20,763 nucleotides of DNA from an uncultured Fibrobacterales bacterium (GCA_963934255.1 CAWVXU010000045.1:1-20763); one strand, 5' to 3'; shown: positions 1-8,613, counted from the first letter of the stretch. A program made the numbers and translations. Notes: generated by a model from the sequence alone, not told the origin.

Positions 1-147
1 ATCCCAAAGTGGAAAGGGATTACCTGCTAGGTCAATGATATTTGCCTCCAATCCATTTCTCAGTTCAATTTGCTTTTTAAAAAATTTGGCAACTTTAGAA
101 CTCTGTGAATTCTGTCGGTGACTACCTGCTATGATCCCTATTTTCAA
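1..147 (-). CDS. NADPH-dependent FMN reductase (SsuE/flavodoxin-like fold), 5' part, runs off window edge
   Basis: Not in ORF track. Manual translation from TTG at 147 gives MKIGIIAGSHRQNSQSSKVAKFFKKQIELRNGLEANIIDLAGNPFPLWD, with the GSxRxxSxS FMN-phosphate loop and IDL...PLW typical of the family; AAGG lies upstream. Confidence 0.85.
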   Translation of the reverse strand, partial: MKIGIIAGSHRQNSQSSKVAKFFKKQIELRNGLEANIIDLAGNPFPLWD

Positions 148-215
148 AATTCGTCTACCTTGCTAAGTGTGTGAGTATCTGTGTGATGAAATATTTCTTT
201 GATTTCTTCAGTCAT
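144..215 (-). CDS. Putative 23-aa small ORF (MTEEIKEIFHHTDTHTLSKVDEF)
   Basis: ATG preceded by AAGGA RBS (ACAAGGAAACAATG); its TGA overlaps the TTG start of the FMN reductase (TTGA overlap). Confidence 0.45.
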   Translation of the reverse strand: MTEEIKEIFHHTDTHTLSKVDEF

Positions 216-225
216 TGTTTCCTTG

Positions 226-249
226 TAATAAGAAGACTAATTCTTATTA
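226..249. promoter_or_regulatory. Perfect 9-6-9 inverted repeat, candidate operator
   Basis: TAATAAGAA-gactaa-TTCTTATTA immediately upstream of the RBS of the small ORF/FMN reductase. Confidence 0.4.
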
Positions 250-464
250 AAATAGTCTATTTACTTAGTTAAAGTACAACCCTCAGCGAAGAAACCCTGA
301 GTCCTCAATTGATGAGATTTCAAAATCTTTCGGATTTTGAGTCAGAATAAACCTCATAAATAGTGATTAGTTTCTATTTAATAATTTGTATTTTTATGTC
401 ATGGCTCAAACGTCAAATTGTCCGTGTTCTCGTTTTATGGTGAGTTAAGTTTCTAGGCTGATAT

Positions 465-1601
465 ATGCAATCTCCAAATGTTCTTAAAAATCTACTGCTG
501 GTGATGATCATTTTAATCACACTGCCTTCAACTATTTGCGCTGGAATTTTTGAAAATCCCTCCATCACGCTCTCGTATTCTGAGCTTTTGACTGAAAAAA
601 ACACTGCCAATGATTCTTTAATGCCCATACTTGATGGTGAAGAATCCATCCAAGAACTCTTCAGAAGATATCCGAGGTTTTGGGAATTAAACACTCTAGG
701 TAGAGACATGAAAATTGCCACCAGGCTCAACGTCGAGATTGTTTTCGTTGATGGTAACAGAGAGGAAGACTTTTGTAAAATTGTCAGGCTCAAAAATATT
801 GAGAGTACAGAAAAACTAGAAAATCTAGAAAACTCTCAAAACCTAGAAAATTCGGCTTCTTATAATTGGCATTTAAAACTGGGGCTTGACTTTATTTCGG
901 GGAGCTCAAATAATGTTCATCAACACGTTAAACTCTGTTTGCAGAGAGCAAGAGAAGAGCTCGGTGTCGTTATTGTTAATAAGCTCGGCAAATTAGAGCT
1001 TTTACTGCCTAAAATGATTGAAGAAAAGATCGAAGAATATCGTGTGAATGCTGAGCTGACAAGTGAACAAAAACAGACTATCCTAGCTATTTCGGATGAA
1101 GTGAAGATAAGTGGTAAATGTCCTAAGGATATTGACAGCTATCTCATCCTAATGGACCTATATGATAAAGTCAATAAAACTCCAAGTGACCCTTTTCAGC
1201 TAAATGATGAACTCAACCCCAGTAATAATGGTTCTAGGATTGCTGAGTCATGTGCCTTTAGTCGTGAGTGGAATCAACTTTTTAATGAAACTTTTAGGCT
1301 TAAATGTAATATTAACAAAGAAACTTGCTTGAGTATTCGCTCGGGTCAGGACGAGCGTGAATGGATGTTTAATTTCGATAAAAGAGAATTTGAATTTCAG
1401 GGCTTTAGCTTATTAGGTATTTCATTTGGGGAACAGAGCGTGACCGAAGGTGGGGAAGTATTAAATCTCAAATTAATTCCGCTATCCAAAAATATTTATC
1501 TCGAATCTTATCTTGATAACAAAGGCGACCCGAAGTCTTTAGGTATGCTTATCCTAGAAGATTTGCCAGTAGAAGAAGATAATATCAAGAATAAAAAATA
1601 A
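465..1601 (+). CDS. Hypothetical exported protein
   Basis: 378-aa ORF with hydrophobic N-terminal signal-like segment (LLLVMIILITLPSTICA), followed directly by a terminator; no family recognised. Confidence 0.7.
   Translation: MQSPNVLKNLLLVMIILITLPSTICAGIFENPSITLSYSELLTEKNTANDSLMPILDGEESIQELFRRYPRFWELNTLGRDMKIATRLNVEIVFVDGNREEDFCKIVRLKNIESTEKLENLENSQNLENSASYNWHLKLGLDFISGSSNNVHQHVKLCLQRAREELGVVIVNKLGKLELLLPKMIEEKIEEYRVNAELTSEQKQTILAISDEVKISGKCPKDIDSYLILMDLYDKVNKTPSDPFQLNDELNPSNNGSRIAESCAFSREWNQLFNETFRLKCNINKETCLSIRSGQDEREWMFNFDKREFEFQGFSLLGISFGEQSVTEGGEVLNLKLIPLSKNIYLESYLDNKGDPKSLGMLILEDLPVEEDNIKNKK
807..851 (+). repeat. Degenerate in-frame 9-nt tandem repeat (5 units)
   Basis: acagaaaaa ctagaaaat ctagaaaac tctcaaaac ctagaaaat, encoding TEK-LEN-LEN-SQN-LEN. 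Confidence 0.6.
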
Positions 1602-1635
1602 AAAAGGGTGAACCTAATCTTAGATTCACCCTTTT
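1602..1635. terminator. Bidirectional intrinsic terminator
   Basis: AAAAGGGTGAA...TTCACCCTTTT hairpin with A/T tracts between convergent genes. Confidence 0.85.
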
Positions 1636-1657
1636 AAGCATCAACAAATTGACAATC

Positions 1658-2158
1658 TTAAGTCTCAAGATCTCCACGAACCATAATCACTTTACCTGTG
1701 CGAATATACTCTTTAACAGAGAATTTTTCACAAAGAGTGCGAACGGCGTCAATTTTGTCCGAGTTTCCACTGATTTGAATAATCATAGAATTTGTTGTTA
1801 AGTCGACTGTTTCGCCTTTAAAATGTTGAACAATCTGAAGTAGCTCAACGCGTTCATTAGCTGTGTAATCGACTTTAATTAAGGCGAGTTCTTTCTCAAC
1901 AACTTTATGTCCAGTATGATCAGTCGCGTTAACCACATCAATGAGCTTTTCAAGTTGTAGAATAATTTGGCCAAGAGTGTCTGGGTTGCCACGAGCTACT
2001 ACATTCATGCGCGCGAATTTCCCATCAAGAGCAGGCGAAACCACTAAAGAGTCAATGTTGTAACCACGACGTGAAAATACCATGCTCACACGAACGAGAA
2101 CTCCTGGATTGTTACTTACAAGTAGGCTAATACTGTGTGGTGGGTAATGTTCAAACAT
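1658..2158 (-). CDS. ilvN: Acetolactate synthase small (regulatory) subunit
   Basis: ACT domain ISLLVSNNPGVLVRVSMVFSRRGYNIDSL, QLEKLIDV, ELALIKV, EYIRTG. Start moved to ATG 2158, just after the ilvB stop, with GGAG RBS. Confidence 0.95.
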   Translation of the reverse strand: MFEHYPPHSISLLVSNNPGVLVRVSMVFSRRGYNIDSLVVSPALDGKFARMNVVARGNPDTLGQIILQLEKLIDVVNATDHTGHKVVEKELALIKVDYTANERVELLQIVQHFKGETVDLTTNSMIIQISGNSDKIDAVRTLCEKFSVKEYIRTGKVIMVRGDLET

Positions 2159-2159
2159 A

Positions 2160-3875
2160 TCAGGTACTCCCTGTTGGTTTTTCAAGTTTTTCTTTAGGCT
2201 CTTCAGTTAGCATGTTAGAATAAGGAGCTCCTGCGGGTATCATAGGATAAACGTTGGCTTCTTTTTCAACTTCACAATGAACAAGACAAGGTCCATCGTT
2301 GTATGCCATCACTTTTTCAAGAGTCTTGGTAACATCGGCCGAGCGTTTGATTCTAAAACCCTTGACGCCATAACTCTCTGCGAGTTTAACGAAGTCGGGA
2401 TTGCCTTCTAACTCTACTCCTGAGTATCGACGATCAAAGAAAAGCTCTTGCCACTGACGTACCATTCCTAAATATTTATTATCCATTACAAATATTTTAA
2501 TGGGAAGCTTTTCAATAGCTGCAGTTGAAAGTTCAAATAGAGTCATTTGGAAACCACCATCACCGGCAATAGCGATGACTGGTTTGTCTTTACGACCAAT
2601 TGCAGCACCGATAGCAGCTGGAAAGCCAAAGCCCATAGTTCCTGCTCCACCTGAATTAATCCATTGGCGAGGTTCGTCAAACTTATAGAACTGAGCAGCC
2701 CACATTTGATGCTGACCAACGTCAGAAGTCACAATTGCATTACCTTTAGTCACTTTGTACAATTCATCAAAGATGTATTGCATTTTGAGCCCGCCTTGTT
2801 TTTTGTACTTTAGCGGGTATTTCTTTTTCCAAGAAGAGATTCTCTTAAGCCAGTCGGAGGTGTCTAATTGACGAACTTGAGGTGTGAGCTCTTCTAGCAC
2901 AAAACGAGCATCACCGTTTACGTGAGCATGCACTTCCATTACTTTATTAATTTCAGCACGATCGATATCAATATGAATCTTAATAGCATCAGGACAAAAT
3001 TCTTGAATTTTACCTGTAATACGGTCATCCCAACGAGAGCCAATAGACATGATTAAATCACAATGCTCTACGGCTTTATTAGCATAGGCTGTGCCGTGCA
3101 TTCCGAGCATGCCAAGTGACAAGTCATGAGAGCCCGGGAAAGACCCGAGACCAAGGAGGGTGTTGACTACTGGAGCTTGTAATTTCTCAGCAAATTCTTT
3201 AATCTGCTTAGATGCACCCGAAAGAATCACACCTTGACCTACGAGTAGGACGGGTCTTTTTGAACCAGCTAAAATCTCAGCCACTTTTGAAATTTCTTTA
3301 GAGTCACCTTTGCCGGGAATAGCATATCCCGGGAGGCTGATAGTGTCGATAAATGGAGCAGTGCATGGGCCTTGAGAAATATCTTTAGGAACATCAATCA
3401 TTACTGGGCCAGGCCGGCCGGTATTACAGATGTAGAATGCTTCTTTGATTGTTTTAGGGATCAGCTCAGAGCTTTTTAATAAGTACGAGTGCTTGACAGC
3501 CGCGTAGCTCATACCAGAGATATCACACTCTTGGAAAGCGTCAGTACCTAAGTTAGCTGTAATCGTTTGACCACAAATAACAATCATAGGTGAGCTGTCC
3601 ATTTGTGCTGTATACATACCAGTCAAGGTATTGGTAGCGCCAGGGCCTGAAGTCACAAGTACGACACCCGGTTTACCTGTAGCTCTTGCATAGCCATCAG
3701 CCATGTGAGTTGCACCTTGTTCATGACGAACGAGTACTAATTTGATAGAAGAATCATATAGAGCGTCAAATAGGGGGATGGCAGCTCCACCAGGATATGC
3801 GAAAATAACCTCAACACCTTCTCTTTTGAGGCATTCAATGATTACTTCTGCACCAGTTAATTTTTTTTCACTCAT
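2160..3875 (-). CDS. ilvB: Acetolactate synthase large (catalytic) subunit
   Basis: RHEQGATHMADGYARATGKPGV, TSGPGATN, DVGQHQMW, ThDP motif GDGGFQM...NKYLGMVRQWQ; adjacent to the small subunit. Confidence 0.97.
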   Translation of the reverse strand: MSEKKLTGAEVIIECLKREGVEVIFAYPGGAAIPLFDALYDSSIKLVLVRHEQGATHMADGYARATGKPGVVLVTSGPGATNTLTGMYTAQMDSSPMIVICGQTITANLGTDAFQECDISGMSYAAVKHSYLLKSSELIPKTIKEAFYICNTGRPGPVMIDVPKDISQGPCTAPFIDTISLPGYAIPGKGDSKEISKVAEILAGSKRPVLLVGQGVILSGASKQIKEFAEKLQAPVVNTLLGLGSFPGSHDLSLGMLGMHGTAYANKAVEHCDLIMSIGSRWDDRITGKIQEFCPDAIKIHIDIDRAEINKVMEVHAHVNGDARFVLEELTPQVRQLDTSDWLKRISSWKKKYPLKYKKQGGLKMQYIFDELYKVTKGNAIVTSDVGQHQMWAAQFYKFDEPRQWINSGGAGTMGFGFPAAIGAAIGRKDKPVIAIAGDGGFQMTLFELSTAAIEKLPIKIFVMDNKYLGMVRQWQELFFDRRYSGVELEGNPDFVKLAESYGVKGFRIKRSADVTKTLEKVMAYNDGPCLVHCEVEKEANVYPMIPAGAPYSNMLTEEPKEKLEKPTGST

Positions 3876-4023
3876 GTTGCACCTTACGAGAAAGTAGTTT
3901 AACCAATTTTAACAAAAAATCGAGTGGATTTTAAGTTCAAAATTGCGAAAAAATGAAAACTTGCAACAAAAATGGCTCAAAATGTTAAAAGTGACACCCA
4001 AATGACTCATGTGAATCGTCAAA

Positions 4024-4725
4024 ATGATGAAATGTTGTATCAGTTTAGACGAAAATAGTGGTGTTGTTGTGGTAAATGAGAATAAGGTAGGCTTTGAAGA
4101 AAAAGTAGACGAGTTTGGGATTCAAAGTTTGGAGAATTGGGAGTTAATTGCCTTAGTTTTAAGGCGAGGGACCTCTAAAAACCCGATAGACCGTCTGGCG
4201 AAGCTGCTAGGTGGTTATTTTTCAAAATTAAGTCGTTACCCTGATTTGGATGAGTTATTAAATATAGATGGCATTGGTATGGCCAAAGCATGCCAACTAC
4301 TGGCTTGTTTAGAGTTATCTACGCGTTACCTGCTCACTTATGATAAGATCTTATTAAACACCCCAGAGCAGTGCATTCATGTATTAAACCATTTGAAAAT
4401 GGCAGAACAAGAGGAGTTTTGGGTCATATGTTTAGATAGTCAGTCCAGGTTAATTAGCAAGAACAAGTTAAGCTTAGGTTTGGTGAATCAAACTAGTGTG
4501 CACCCCAGAGAAGCCTTTCGAATAGCTATCAAAGAGAATTCAGTGACTGTGATATTTGCTCACAATCACCCGAGCGGGGATTCAACGCCAAGCACTCAAG
4601 ATATTCAAGTCACCCATCGTTTGATTGAAGTGGGTAAAATTGTAGGTGTAGAGGTCCAGGATCATGTGATTATTTCACGTAAAGAGTGGCATTCTATGAG
4701 AAGAAGTGGCCTAGTTTGGGTCTAA
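4024..4725 (+). CDS. radC: RadC/JAB-domain (UPF0758) protein; true start may be a few codons downstream
   Basis: HhH-like IDGIGMAKA, VHPREAF, JAMM motif AHNHPSGDSTPSTQD, DHVII. Confidence 0.92.
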   Translation: MMKCCISLDENSGVVVVNENKVGFEEKVDEFGIQSLENWELIALVLRRGTSKNPIDRLAKLLGGYFSKLSRYPDLDELLNIDGIGMAKACQLLACLELSTRYLLTYDKILLNTPEQCIHVLNHLKMAEQEEFWVICLDSQSRLISKNKLSLGLVNQTSVHPREAFRIAIKENSVTVIFAHNHPSGDSTPSTQDIQVTHRLIEVGKIVGVEVQDHVIISRKEWHSMRRSGLVWV

Positions 4726-4760
4726 AGGTTGAGGACATCATAATGAACTAGGTGTTATTA

Positions 4761-4792
4761 AAAAAGCTCCAAACGTCAGTTTGGAGCTTTTT
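4761..4792. terminator. Bidirectional intrinsic terminator
   Basis: AAAAAGCTCCAAAC-gtca-GTTTGGAGCTTTTT perfect stem between convergent radC and chitinase. Confidence 0.9.
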
Positions 4793-4816
4793 GATTTCGT
4801 TGAAACGAAGTATCAA

Positions 4817-5962
4817 TTACTTAGCGAATTTAAGCTTGTCATAATCATAGACAGGTGCTTTAGTCTGATAGTACTCTTCGTACATTGCCACAAGAAGCGA
4901 ATGCTTAGCTGGTACACCAAAGTCACTCAGCATATCCCAGAACATAATCCCTGGATATTCAGTGTGCTCACGCATGTATTTTGTTTTAGCTACAGTAGAA
5001 GGAATACCGTTAAATACGATGATTTCACCATTACCAACTGCTATTTCAGAACCAGTTTCTTCATCATAAGTGACTTCGTATTTAGTTGTTTTCAATTGTT
5101 TAAGAAGTTTGTTCCAAAGTTGGATTCCGTCAAGTCCTGAACCTTTACCATCGTAATCACCACCCAGTTTAGTTCCACCATTGAATGATTTGCCATAAAA
5201 AGCATATCCCATAATGAGTTTGTCCTTAGGAAGGCCGCGCTCTTCGTAGTATTTCATAGTTGCCAATGAACGTGGGATGCCTGAGTTAGGGAGAATTGAC
5301 TTTTCCCAAGTTCCCATGTAATCATAAGTCATCAACATCAAGTGATCTAATTGGTGGAGTGATTCATCAGTAATGTGACGAGCCCACCAGTCAGTCGCAG
5401 GCAGTGCAGCTGAGAATTCAATTTTTTTGCCGGTAGCAGCTAGATGAGCATCAAAAGCAGCGCGGGTTTCATTAAATAAAAGCCTATGACCTTCTTTGTC
5501 ATCACGAGTAGTCCCTGGATTAAGAGGAGTTACTGGGTATTCCCAGTCAATATCAAACCCATCAACATCAAATTCTTTAACCATACCAAGCATGTTGTCA
5601 ATGAAGAATTTGCGGCGATCGGCTGTTTTGGATAATTCAGCAAAACCTTCAGATTGGTCAGCACCACCGATTGAGACAATGAGCTTAACATTGTTCTCTT
5701 TAGCCAGTTTAATCATTTTTACAAAGTTGTCTTGGTCAGTTTCATCTGCATTGAACAAATCGCCATTAGGGTTTGTTTTGTAAAATGAATACATGATGTG
5801 AGTATACATCTTATATCGGATATTCTCTGCTTTAAAACCAGAGTATTGGCCCCAATTTGGGTAGTACCCCATGATGTACTTTTTGTGGCCAGCTTCTTCG
5901 GCTGCTAATATAGACGCAGCACTTATGAATAGCGCTAAAGCTAATGTAATTGCTCTTTGCAT
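4817..5962 (-). CDS. Secreted glycoside hydrolase family 18 (chitinase-like)
   Basis: Signal peptide; GYYPNW, YTHIMYSF, SIGG, catalytic DGFDIDWEYP, MTYD, AFYG, GIMFW. Confidence 0.93.
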   Translation of the reverse strand: MQRAITLALALFISAASILAAEEAGHKKYIMGYYPNWGQYSGFKAENIRYKMYTHIMYSFYKTNPNGDLFNADETDQDNFVKMIKLAKENNVKLIVSIGGADQSEGFAELSKTADRRKFFIDNMLGMVKEFDVDGFDIDWEYPVTPLNPGTTRDDKEGHRLLFNETRAAFDAHLAATGKKIEFSAALPATDWWARHITDESLHQLDHLMLMTYDYMGTWEKSILPNSGIPRSLATMKYYEERGLPKDKLIMGYAFYGKSFNGGTKLGGDYDGKGSGLDGIQLWNKLLKQLKTTKYEVTYDEETGSEIAVGNGEIIVFNGIPSTVAKTKYMREHTEYPGIMFWDMLSDFGVPAKHSLLVAMYEEYYQTKAPVYDYDKLKFAK

Positions 5963-6010
5963 TTGCTTTTCCCTTCATTATAAAGTTGAATTCCTAAACA
6001 TTAGCATAAA

Positions 6011-6039
6011 AGTATAATTTTCTCCAAAAGAGAGTGCAA
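6011..6039 (-). promoter_or_regulatory. Putative sigma70 promoter of the GH18 gene
   Basis: Minus strand TTGCAC-N17-TATACT about 50 nt upstream of the ATG. Confidence 0.5.
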
Positions 6040-6189
6040 AAAGTTCAAACATTGTATTTGTGTCCATTAAGAGAACACTTTACACATTTTTTTTAAAAAT
6101 TGTTGTATTTTTATTTTGCTTTCAGTGGTAATAAGTATAAGTTGTCACTAGCGAAGGTAATTGTGAGAACATTTTAAGGAGAAATAAAT

Positions 6190-7203
6190 ATGAAAATTCT
6201 TTCAACATTTAAAGCGTTTGGCCTAGTGGCCGTTTTAGCAACTGCATCATCTGCAGCTGTATTAGATGATATGTCTTCAGGTAATGGAACATCGTCTGAT
6301 GGCATGGGTCTTTGGACTCCTGATTCTGACCAAGGTTCAGGTGGTAACTCTGACGTACTTATCGATGGGTTGTCAGCTATTGGCGAGGACATTGCAAATT
6401 GTCCTACTGGTGATGCAGACGAGGATGGCTTATCTGATTGTTATTGGGGATGGAATGTTGACCAAGGTTATACAGGTGGAACATTAAATTCAACAATTAA
6501 AGTAACTGCTGCAGTTCCTGCTTCACTTGGAGAAGATAAATGGTCATGGGCATCAGCTGGTTGGTTCTATATCTTTAATGGAACATCTTTTGATAATGCT
6601 GCTGAAATGGGATTCTCTGGTCAGGAAACACTTACCTTAAGTGCAAGCTTCCCAATCGGAAAAAAACTACGTGTTCAAGTTAAGCAAACAAACCTAGGTG
6701 ATCTTGACACTCCTGCTCGTATGGAGATTTCAGGTACTGGTTCTATGAAAGATTATAACATTCCTCTTTCTGGTCTTGTTGTTCCTGATTGGGACGTTGC
6801 TTCAAATGGCAAACGTGACATGTCTAAAGTAGTTGCAATTGGCTTCCTTTACACTGTTGGTGGAACTGCAACTGGTGCTGACCTTCCTGATGGAGCTGCT
6901 GGTGAATACGCAATGTCTATTGCAGGACTTTCTTGTGAAGGTTGCTCTGCCGGTACAGCTCTAGTTAATGCTGCTGCAGGTTCTGCTCTTAACTTTGAAT
7001 TATCTTCAAGTGCAATTGATTTCAGTCAAGTTTCTGAGCAAACTACTGTTGAACTATTCAACCTTTCAGGTGAGCTAGTTTCTTCAGAGTCTTTCTCTTC
7101 TGACGCAGCTGTTTCAATTACTAACCTTTCTAACGGAACATACATTGCTCGCGTTAACGAAGGTTCATCTGTAAGTTCATTTCGTTTTTTGGTTAACAAA
7201 TAA
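6190..7203 (+). CDS. Secreted protein with CBM11/CIA30-like domain and C-terminal T9SS type A-like sorting domain
   Basis: AAGGAG RBS; signal peptide ending ASSA; Trp-rich core (LRVQVK...YNIPLSGLVVPDW...DMSKVVAIGF); C-terminus VELFNLSGELV...ITNLSNGTYIARV...FRFLVNK. Confidence 0.7.
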   Translation: MKILSTFKAFGLVAVLATASSAAVLDDMSSGNGTSSDGMGLWTPDSDQGSGGNSDVLIDGLSAIGEDIANCPTGDADEDGLSDCYWGWNVDQGYTGGTLNSTIKVTAAVPASLGEDKWSWASAGWFYIFNGTSFDNAAEMGFSGQETLTLSASFPIGKKLRVQVKQTNLGDLDTPARMEISGTGSMKDYNIPLSGLVVPDWDVASNGKRDMSKVVAIGFLYTVGGTATGADLPDGAAGEYAMSIAGLSCEGCSAGTALVNAAAGSALNFELSSSAIDFSQVSEQTTVELFNLSGELVSSESFSSDAAVSITNLSNGTYIARVNEGSSVSSFRFLVNK

Positions 7204-7228
7204 TAATTAGATAGACTTATAATACTTT

Positions 7229-7260
7229 GGGGGAGGTTTTGTACCTCCCCCCTTTTTTTT
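7229..7260 (+). terminator. Intrinsic terminator-like hairpin abutting the next RBS
   Basis: GGGGGAGGT-tttgt-ACCTCCCCC followed by C and T8, then GGAGG at 7261. Confidence 0.75.
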
Positions 7261-7271
7261 GGAGGTTATAT

Positions 7272-8579
7272 ATGAAAAAGCTAATTCTAGGACTAATTTC
7301 AATTGTTCTTTTATCGGCATGTTTTTTTGGTGATGATGAGGGATCTAGTAAACCTAGTATCGACCCACTTCACTATGCATTACTGAATGATGATTTGACT
7401 CTCCATTTTGGTGATGATAAAAATGAATTGCTTGCATATTATCAAGGTGGTGCAGTCCCAGTAACATATGACCCGAACAACTATATAAACCATTACAACA
7501 CCACTGGATCTTTAGAAGCTCGCCCTTATGCAATTACTCTGCCAGCTGATTATACCTATTTAGGCTATATTGAAGCCAATCCAGACCTTGCAGCTTTCGA
7601 TCAAGCAACGGCTAATAACCATTATCTTACAGCCGGTATGTGGGAGGGTAGGGGCTATGGTGCAGTTGTGGTAATACCACCTGACAACAGAATTAGTCGC
7701 ATTGGATTTATCCAAGCTTATGCAATTTCAGGGCAACCTCATGTTGATGAAATCGACATCAATAGATATACCCAAATTAACCTTTTCTCCGTTGAAGCTG
7801 ATGCCAGCGGAAATGTTAATTCTCAAGCCATAGACAGGAATATTGCCAATATAAATTTAATGGTGACTGTTGCTCGTAACGCTGGAGTAAAAGTCTGGAT
7901 GACTCTTGGTGGAGCAGGCAAATCAGATTTCTTTCATGACCTAGCTGTCAACCCTGCAGCTTCAGCTGCACTCATCACAAACCTAGTAACTTACCTAGAT
8001 ACAAATAATTATGACGGACTTGATATTGACTGGGAATTTCCAGAAACTCAAGCTGAAGCCGATTGGTTTGCTGTCTGGTTAGGTCAGCTAAAAGCTGCAA
8101 TGGGAGACAAGAAGCTTTCTATTGATATCCCTACATTTTATCATAGAGACACTTGGGCAAGTGAAATCCCTGCTCGTGATGCTTTTACGGCTGCATTCGA
8201 TGCTGTTGATGAAGTCAATATCATGGCTTATGACATGGCTGGCCTGGATCATTCCAATTACACATCTACTAACTTGACTATTGATTATTTCAAAAGCTTG
8301 GGTTTGGATATGGCTAAGACCAATTTAGGTGTGCCTTTCTATGCCAAAAACAAGCAAGATGGTGGTGATATGACTTGGGAGTATTTCCAAATTTATAAAC
8401 TCAATAACCCGATTGATAAAGTTGTCTTTACCCCAGAATCAGAGAGAATTGAAAAAGTTAATCGTATCATTGACGAGGGTATGGCTGGAATCATGTATTG
8501 GGAAGCCTCTCATGACTCGTATGACGCTACTTCATTAGCTGTTTGGTATGACGAACAATTAAAAGCTCGTGGCAAATAA
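7272..8579 (+). CDS. GH18 chitinase-like lipoprotein
   Basis: Start moved to ATG 7272 behind GGAGG; lipobox MKKLILGLISIVLLSA-C; TLGG, catalytic DGLDIDWEFP, MAYD, GVPFY, GIMYWE. Confidence 0.9.
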   Translation: MKKLILGLISIVLLSACFFGDDEGSSKPSIDPLHYALLNDDLTLHFGDDKNELLAYYQGGAVPVTYDPNNYINHYNTTGSLEARPYAITLPADYTYLGYIEANPDLAAFDQATANNHYLTAGMWEGRGYGAVVVIPPDNRISRIGFIQAYAISGQPHVDEIDINRYTQINLFSVEADASGNVNSQAIDRNIANINLMVTVARNAGVKVWMTLGGAGKSDFFHDLAVNPAASAALITNLVTYLDTNNYDGLDIDWEFPETQAEADWFAVWLGQLKAAMGDKKLSIDIPTFYHRDTWASEIPARDAFTAAFDAVDEVNIMAYDMAGLDHSNYTSTNLTIDYFKSLGLDMAKTNLGVPFYAKNKQDGGDMTWEYFQIYKLNNPIDKVVFTPESERIEKVNRIIDEGMAGIMYWEASHDSYDATSLAVWYDEQLKARGK

Positions 8580-8613
8580 TCCTTCAAGCTAGTTTGTATT
8601 GATTATGTTAATT

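Noticed and set aside
309..348. Hammerhead ribozyme resemblance (TGATGAG-stem-GAA)
   Set aside because: Core is TTGATGA and CAGAAT rather than CTGANGA and CGAAA; no stems I and III.
413..793. 126-aa minus-strand ORF
   Set aside because: Antisense to the longer signal-peptide ORF 465-1601, with no motif.
3876..4023. Leader-peptide attenuator for ilvB
   Set aside because: No Ile/Leu/Val-rich leader ORF with a terminator hairpin was found.
4024..4725. radC as marker of a mobile element
   Set aside because: Long form with HhH region among housekeeping genes; no integrase, transposase or att-like repeats seen.
6001..6040. CIRCE-like half sites TTAGCA...GAGTGCAAA
   Set aside because: Spacing is 22 nt rather than 9, the left arm is degenerate, and the context is a chitinase promoter.
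6061..6077. TGT-N11-ACA (TGTCCATTAAGAGAACA) as another bEBP box
   Set aside because: Inner sequence does not match the TGTTTCA box and no sigma54 motif was found nearby.
7227..7271. 15-codon N-terminal extension of the GH18 lipoprotein in the ORF track
   Set aside because: Runs through the terminator hairpin; RBS and lipoprotein signal indicate ATG 7272.
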